Source: Sulfurihydrogenibium sp. (lineage in GTDB: Bacteria; Aquificota; Aquificia; Aquificales; Hydrogenothermaceae). Taken from it: a stretch of 32,750 nt of DNA. Below are positions 28,285 through 32,750 of this stretch, piece after piece. A program made the position numbers and the translations under genes. The DNA is taken from positions 1-32,750 of the forward strand of contig JBBIPN010000006.1 in assembly GCA_037442825.1 (NCBI GenBank), in the 5' to 3' direction. Numbering within the stretch: the first letter of the stretch is position 1; the number at the start of each line of letters is the position of its first letter. Under the pieces are notes generated by a model. That model did no database searches, was not told the DNA's origin, and saw only the letters and a program-made list of their open reading frames with translations.

Positions 28285-28995
28285 ATGGACAGTAATACAG
28301 TATCAAACCTTTTAAAACTTCAAGAAATAGATATCAACATTGAAAAAATAAAATCAGAATCAGAAAAGATACCTTCTGAGATAAAAAAGATAGAAGAAAG
28401 GAAAGAAAAAATTATTAGAGAATATGAAGGAAAGTTACATAAGAAAAGAGAGTTAGAAGTTCAAAAGAAAGAGAAAGAGTTAGATATACAAAGCTTAAAA
28501 GATAGAATAAATAAAGTAGAAAACGCACTTAACAAAGTAAAAAGTAATGAAGAGTATAAAGCCCTTTTAAGAGAAAAAGCAACAGCTGAAGAAAGTATAA
28601 TTCATTTAGAAGATGAAATAATTCAGATAATGGAAGATATTGAAAATTTAACACAAGAAATAGAAAACCTAAAACAAAGTAAAGAAGAAAAATTAAAAAC
28701 ATTAGATAACGAAATATCTTACCTAAAATCTAAAGAATCTAAACTAAACCAAGAATTAGGAAATTTACATATAGAAAAAGAAAATATTTCAAAAAATCTA
28801 AAACCTCAAGAGATAGCCCAGTATGAAAATATAAAAAAGAGAGTTAAAAACAAAGTTATTGCTATAGTTGATGATCAAGTTTGTACTGGTTGTTTTATGG
28901 TTATTCCACCAAAAGTATACACAGAGCTTTTAAAAAGTGAAAAACTCTTAACATGTCCAAACTGTGGAAGATATCTATACTACGAAGCAAAATAA
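28285..28995 (+). CDS. Coiled-coil protein with C-terminal C4 zinc ribbon (CT398/DUF164-like)
   Basis: LLKLQEID start, long coiled coil, CTGC...CPNCGRYLY. Confidence 0.85.
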   Translation: MDSNTVSNLLKLQEIDINIEKIKSESEKIPSEIKKIEERKEKIIREYEGKLHKKRELEVQKKEKELDIQSLKDRINKVENALNKVKSNEEYKALLREKATAEESIIHLEDEIIQIMEDIENLTQEIENLKQSKEEKLKTLDNEISYLKSKESKLNQELGNLHIEKENISKNLKPQEIAQYENIKKRVKNKVIAIVDDQVCTGCFMVIPPKVYTELLKSEKLLTCPNCGRYLYYEAK

Positions 28996-29005
28996 AGGAG
29001 AATTT

Positions 29006-29845
29006 ATGCTTGGAATAATAGGTGGTAGTGGATTATATCAAATAGATGGTTTGGAAATTTTAGATGAAATTGAAATAGATACACCTTTTGGAAATCCTTC
29101 AGATAAGTATGTATTAGCTCAATATAATGGTAAAAAAGCTATCTTTTTGCCAAGACATGGTAAAGGACATAAATATCCACCTCATCTTATAAACTATAGA
29201 GCTAATATCTGGGGTTTTAGAAAACTAAATGTAGATAGGATACTTTCAATATCCGCTGTAGGTGGTATAAATCCTTTACTTAAACCTGGTGATTTTGTTA
29301 TATCAAAACAGTTTTTAGATTTTACAACATCTCGAACAAAGACATTTTATGAAGGTGTTTTATCGAAGTGTGATGATACTAACATAAATGATGATGTTAA
29401 TGATTTTTTAAATAGTAAAAAGGTAGTTCATATAGATGTTACAGATCCATTTTGTTTCCATATGTCAAAGATTTTATCAAATATTTTAGATGAAAATAGT
29501 TTTAGATACCATAATAATGTTACATACGTAACTACAGAAGGGCCAAGACTTGAAACAGCAGCTGAGATTAGAATGTTCAAAATCCTCGGTGGTGATGTTG
29601 TTGGTATGACATTAGTTCCTGAGGTTATACTAGCAAGAGAATTAAATATTCATTTTGTATCTTTAAATGTAGTTACAAATCCAGCAGCTGGCACATCAGA
29701 AGGTAGATTAACATCAGATGAAGTTGTAGAGATGATGAAAGAAAAAATAGAAAATATAAAGAAAATAGTTCTTGATTTTATAAATAAGGGTGATACTGTA
29801 TTAAAATGTAACTGTGAAGAAGTTTTAAAAGGAGCTGCTATTTAG
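29006..29845 (+). CDS. mtnP: S-methyl-5'-thioadenosine phosphorylase (PNP/MTAP family); start revised to ATG 29006
   Basis: GIIGGSGLY, TPFGNPS, FLPRHG, NYRANIW, EGPRLETAAE and VVGMT motifs. AGGAG RBS. Confidence 0.85.
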   Translation: MLGIIGGSGLYQIDGLEILDEIEIDTPFGNPSDKYVLAQYNGKKAIFLPRHGKGHKYPPHLINYRANIWGFRKLNVDRILSISAVGGINPLLKPGDFVISKQFLDFTTSRTKTFYEGVLSKCDDTNINDDVNDFLNSKKVVHIDVTDPFCFHMSKILSNILDENSFRYHNNVTYVTTEGPRLETAAEIRMFKILGGDVVGMTLVPEVILARELNIHFVSLNVVTNPAAGTSEGRLTSDEVVEMMKEKIENIKKIVLDFINKGDTVLKCNCEEVLKGAAI

Positions 29846-29855
29846 CTCCTTTTTT
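29827..29855. terminator. Bidirectional terminator embedded in the overlapping 3' ends of mtnP and the ferritin-like gene
   Basis: AAAAGGAGCT-GCTATTT-AGCTCCTTTTTT. Confidence 0.65.
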
Positions 29856-30767
29856 AAATAAACTTCCTACTGTAAAGGCAGATATTATTTTTGATACATC
29901 CTTATCACTTAAGTTATTATTATCAAGAAAATCTTTTAAATCTTTATAATGTATCTCTCTTTTTGATATTCTCTCTAAAATCCATTTTAATCCACTATCT
30001 GATGTTTGACCTGAAAGTTCTTTAAATGTTTTTGATGATTCATTTTTATTGTTGAGATTATAACTAATGATATCATTTATATTGTTTATTTTTTCAAAAT
30101 TAGGTAAATTTACATCAATTTCTACACCTTTTTCAGATAACTCTTCAGCTATCCATCCAAAATGTTTCATACTATCAATAGCTTCTTGTTCTAATTCATC
30201 GCTTAAATGTGGATTTTTAAATCTTGTTATAAATGACTGATACAACTCTTCTAATATTTTTTTATACTGCTTTTGAAGAACATTATTTAAAAGGCTTGCA
30301 ATTTCCATCCTTTCAGTCTCAGCTTGTGATGAAGATGTCTTTATAAGATTTTTAAGATTTTCTTTTATCTTTAAAAATATTTGACTATGGGCTGTTTCAT
30401 CATCAATCACTCTTGTAAGTATTCTTTTACTTGATTCATCTGAAATGTCATTAAGTTGATCTGTATACTCTCTTATAGCCATAAGTTCAGCATCTATGTT
30501 TAACTGCATAAGTTCTTCCAACGTTGGAGCATGTAAGAAAACAGAAGCTCTCTCTGATATAGCTGGTTCTCCACCAAGTTCAACTACTTTGTGGGCAAAC
30601 ATTCTTAAATGTTTCATTTCTTCCCTTGCAACTTCTTCAAGCTCGTTTTCTGCTTCCGCTTCACCTATTGTGTAAGCATGGAAAAGGTATTGAATTATGG
30701 CACTATGTTCTAAGGAAATGTTGTAATTAAAGTAATTTATTATCTTTTCCCTTTCTAAATCTTTCAT
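29838..30767 (-). CDS. Tandem (two-domain) ferritin-like protein with a C-terminal encapsulin-type targeting peptide
   Basis: Domain 1 has E20, EEMKH, AELMAIREY and DETAH (di-iron set). Domain 2 is degenerate (DSMKH, REIHY). C-terminus is FTVGSLFKKGAK. GGAGG RBS directly after the mnmG stop. Confidence 0.8.
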   Translation of the reverse strand: MKDLEREKIINYFNYNISLEHSAIIQYLFHAYTIGEAEAENELEEVAREEMKHLRMFAHKVVELGGEPAISERASVFLHAPTLEELMQLNIDAELMAIREYTDQLNDISDESSKRILTRVIDDETAHSQIFLKIKENLKNLIKTSSSQAETERMEIASLLNNVLQKQYKKILEELYQSFITRFKNPHLSDELEQEAIDSMKHFGWIAEELSEKGVEIDVNLPNFEKINNINDIISYNLNNKNESSKTFKELSGQTSDSGLKWILERISKREIHYKDLKDFLDNNNLSDKDVSKIISAFTVGSLFKKGAK

Positions 30768-30777
30768 AGTTACCTCC

Positions 30778-32640
30778 TTATCCCGTTTTTTTCCTCTCTC
30801 TCATCTTTTCTATATGTACAAGTATAGCTGTTATAGCTGCAGGTGTTATACCTTCCAACCTTGAAGCTTGTCCAAGTGTCATAGGTTTAAATTTGGTCAA
30901 CTTTTGTATAGCTTCTTTTGTAAGTCCTGCAACTTGGTTATAGTCTATATTTTCTGGTATTTTTATACTTTCTAAATACTTCATCTTTTCATTTAACTTT
31001 TGTTCTCTTTCAAAATAACCATCATATTTTATATTTATCTCTACTTCTTCTGTTATATAGTCTGATTTAGGTATTGGTATATTTATATCTTTTAATATGT
31101 CAAAGCTAACTTCTGGTTTTTGTAGATATGTAAAGATAGATACTTTTTTATCTTTGTCTTTAATGTATGTTTCTTTATATGTATTAATCCAACTTTCTAT
31201 CTCTTCTTCATTTTCTTTAACAAATCTATACTCAGATTCTGTCAACATTCCTATGTTATAAGCTTTTTTGTATAATCTTAATATGGCATTATCTTGTCTA
31301 AGGTGTAGTCTATACTCAGACCTTGATGTAAATAATCTGTATGGCTCTATAACACCTTTTGTAGTTAGGTCATCTATCATAACGCCTATATATCCTTCAT
31401 CTCTTCTAAATACAAATGGTTCTTCTTTTCCTAAAGCTCTTAATGCAGCATTTATTCCTGCAACTATACCTTGTCCTGCAGCTTCTTCATAACCTGTTGT
31501 ACCATTAAAGTTTCCAGCATGGAATAGACCTTTTATTTTTTTAGTTTCTAATGTTGGATACAACTCTGTTGGCATAACTATATCATACTCTATCGCGTAA
31601 GCTGGTTTTAAAAGGATTACATTTTCAAGTCCTGGAATACTTCTGTACATCTGCCACTGTATTTCTTCAGGTAATGATGTACTTAAGCCGTTTGGGTATA
31701 TACTAATTCCATCTTTTGTTTCTGGTTCTAACCAGATAGTATGTCTCTCTTTACCTTCAAATTTTACTATTTTATCTTCAATAGATGGACAGTATCTTGG
31801 TCCTATACCTGTTATAGCACCACCATAAAGTGCTGTTCTGTGGAGGTTATCTTTTATTATCTTGTGTGTTTCTGGTGTTGTGTAGGTTATATAACAAGGT
31901 ATCTGCTCTTTCTCTTTAAACCAGTATGAACCTTTTGGTTCTGTCCAGAATGAAAATTTTGGTGGTGGTATATCTCCTGGTGCTTCTTCAAGTATAGAAA
32001 AGTTTATCGTATTTTTATCAAGTCTTGCAGGTGTTCCAGTTTTAAATCTGTATAAATTAAAACCAACTCTTTTATAAAATTCTGGCAATTTTGTTGAAGG
32101 TTTTTCTTCCATTCTTCCAGCAGGAAATCTTTTATCTCCTATATGTATTAATCCGTTTAAAAACGTTCCAGTAGTAACAACTACAGACTTTGTTACTATT
32201 TTTAAACCTTTATCTGTTATTACACCTTCTATTTCATTTGTATTTTTCTTTAAAACTATATCAATAACTTCATCTTCTATAATTGTAAGATTTTCTGTAT
32301 TACTTACTTTATTTACCATATATTTTCTATACTCTTCTTTATCTGCTTGTGCTCTTGGGGATCTAACAGCTGGACCTTTTCTCGTATTTAGCACTTTAAA
32401 CTGTATTCCTGTTTTATCTATAGCTTTTGCCATTTCCCCACCAAGGGCATCAACTTCTCTAACAACTATTCCTTTAGCAATACCACCAATTGATGGATTA
32501 CATGGCATAAGTCCAACTTTTTCTCTATCTAAAGTTATCAAAGCTGTTTTAGCTCCTAATTTTGCAGAAGCTAAAGCTGCTTCAATACCTGCATGACCTC
32601 CACCAATAACTACTACATCAAAGTATGCATCGTATACCAA
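30778..32640 (-). CDS. mnmG: tRNA uridine 5-carboxymethylaminomethyl modification enzyme MnmG (GidA)
   Basis: GGGHAGIEA, MPCNPSIGG, KGPAVRSPRAQAD, GPRYCPSIEDK, NGTTGYEEAAGQG and EPYRLFTSRSEYRL motifs. TTG start with GGAGG. Confidence 0.97.
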   Translation of the reverse strand: MVYDAYFDVVVIGGGHAGIEAALASAKLGAKTALITLDREKVGLMPCNPSIGGIAKGIVVREVDALGGEMAKAIDKTGIQFKVLNTRKGPAVRSPRAQADKEEYRKYMVNKVSNTENLTIIEDEVIDIVLKKNTNEIEGVITDKGLKIVTKSVVVTTGTFLNGLIHIGDKRFPAGRMEEKPSTKLPEFYKRVGFNLYRFKTGTPARLDKNTINFSILEEAPGDIPPPKFSFWTEPKGSYWFKEKEQIPCYITYTTPETHKIIKDNLHRTALYGGAITGIGPRYCPSIEDKIVKFEGKERHTIWLEPETKDGISIYPNGLSTSLPEEIQWQMYRSIPGLENVILLKPAYAIEYDIVMPTELYPTLETKKIKGLFHAGNFNGTTGYEEAAGQGIVAGINAALRALGKEEPFVFRRDEGYIGVMIDDLTTKGVIEPYRLFTSRSEYRLHLRQDNAILRLYKKAYNIGMLTESEYRFVKENEEEIESWINTYKETYIKDKDKKVSIFTYLQKPEVSFDILKDINIPIPKSDYITEEVEINIKYDGYFEREQKLNEKMKYLESIKIPENIDYNQVAGLTKEAIQKLTKFKPMTLGQASRLEGITPAAITAILVHIEKMRERKKTG

Positions 32641-32740
32641 CTATAAAACCTCCTTCTAATCTTGTTAATTAATTTCAATTTTGCTAAAATTATACCAAAT
32701 TAATTTATTCACTTTTTTTATTATTAAAAGGAGGTTTTTT

Positions 32741-32750
32741 ATGCAGGGTG
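32741..32750 (+). CDS. Start of a gene divergent from mnmG (truncated by window edge)
   Basis: GGAGG RBS at 32730-32735 followed by ATG CAG GGT. Confidence 0.5.

Noticed and set aside
28187..28300. tRNA as an integration site for an island
   Set aside because: No integrase, no duplicated tRNA 3' end seen, and flanking genes are housekeeping.
22375..31929. Short antisense ORFs (22375, 24042, 31268, 31741)
   Set aside because: Opposite-strand shadows of hemW, the exonuclease and mnmG.

Overview
A very AT-rich, gene-dense bacterial chromosomal segment. Protein sequences and gene order suggest Aquificota, probably Hydrogenothermaceae-like (inference). It is mostly core genome. (i) A minus-strand envelope operon: lolC/E-lolD-clpC-bamA-skp-lpxD (partial). 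(ii) purT, a lipoprotein cytochrome c with an unannotated 40-aa membrane peptide, dapB, an orphan AtpZ/AtpI-type gene and a DUF2267-like gene. (iii) An Fe-S/sulfur-transfer operon: mrp/apbC, iscS-like, iscU, a PP-loop thiolase-like gene, tusA-like, a small hypothetical, nfu and aroE. (iv) A DEAD-box RNA helicase with a structured leader, a decayed MFS transporter pseudogene, an MrfA/Hrq1-type helicase and hemW. (v) proC, a DnaQ-like exonuclease, mfd and a lytic transglycosylase. (vi) tRNA-Ile2(CAU), a Zn-ribbon coiled-coil gene, mtnP, a tandem ferritin-like gene and mnmG. The strongest unusual signal is the IscS homologue. It lacks the PLP-binding Lys (Tyr206) and other substrate-binding residues but keeps its catalytic-loop Cys, within an operon that may couple desulfurase-independent Fe-S assembly to a THUMP-less thiolation enzyme. 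Other signals: an encapsulin-type targeting peptide (FTVGSL) on the double-ferritin protein, an apparent ATA start for bamA, and a shared TGA-N6-TCA palindrome upstream of mrp and iscU. No mobile element or CRISPR array was seen.
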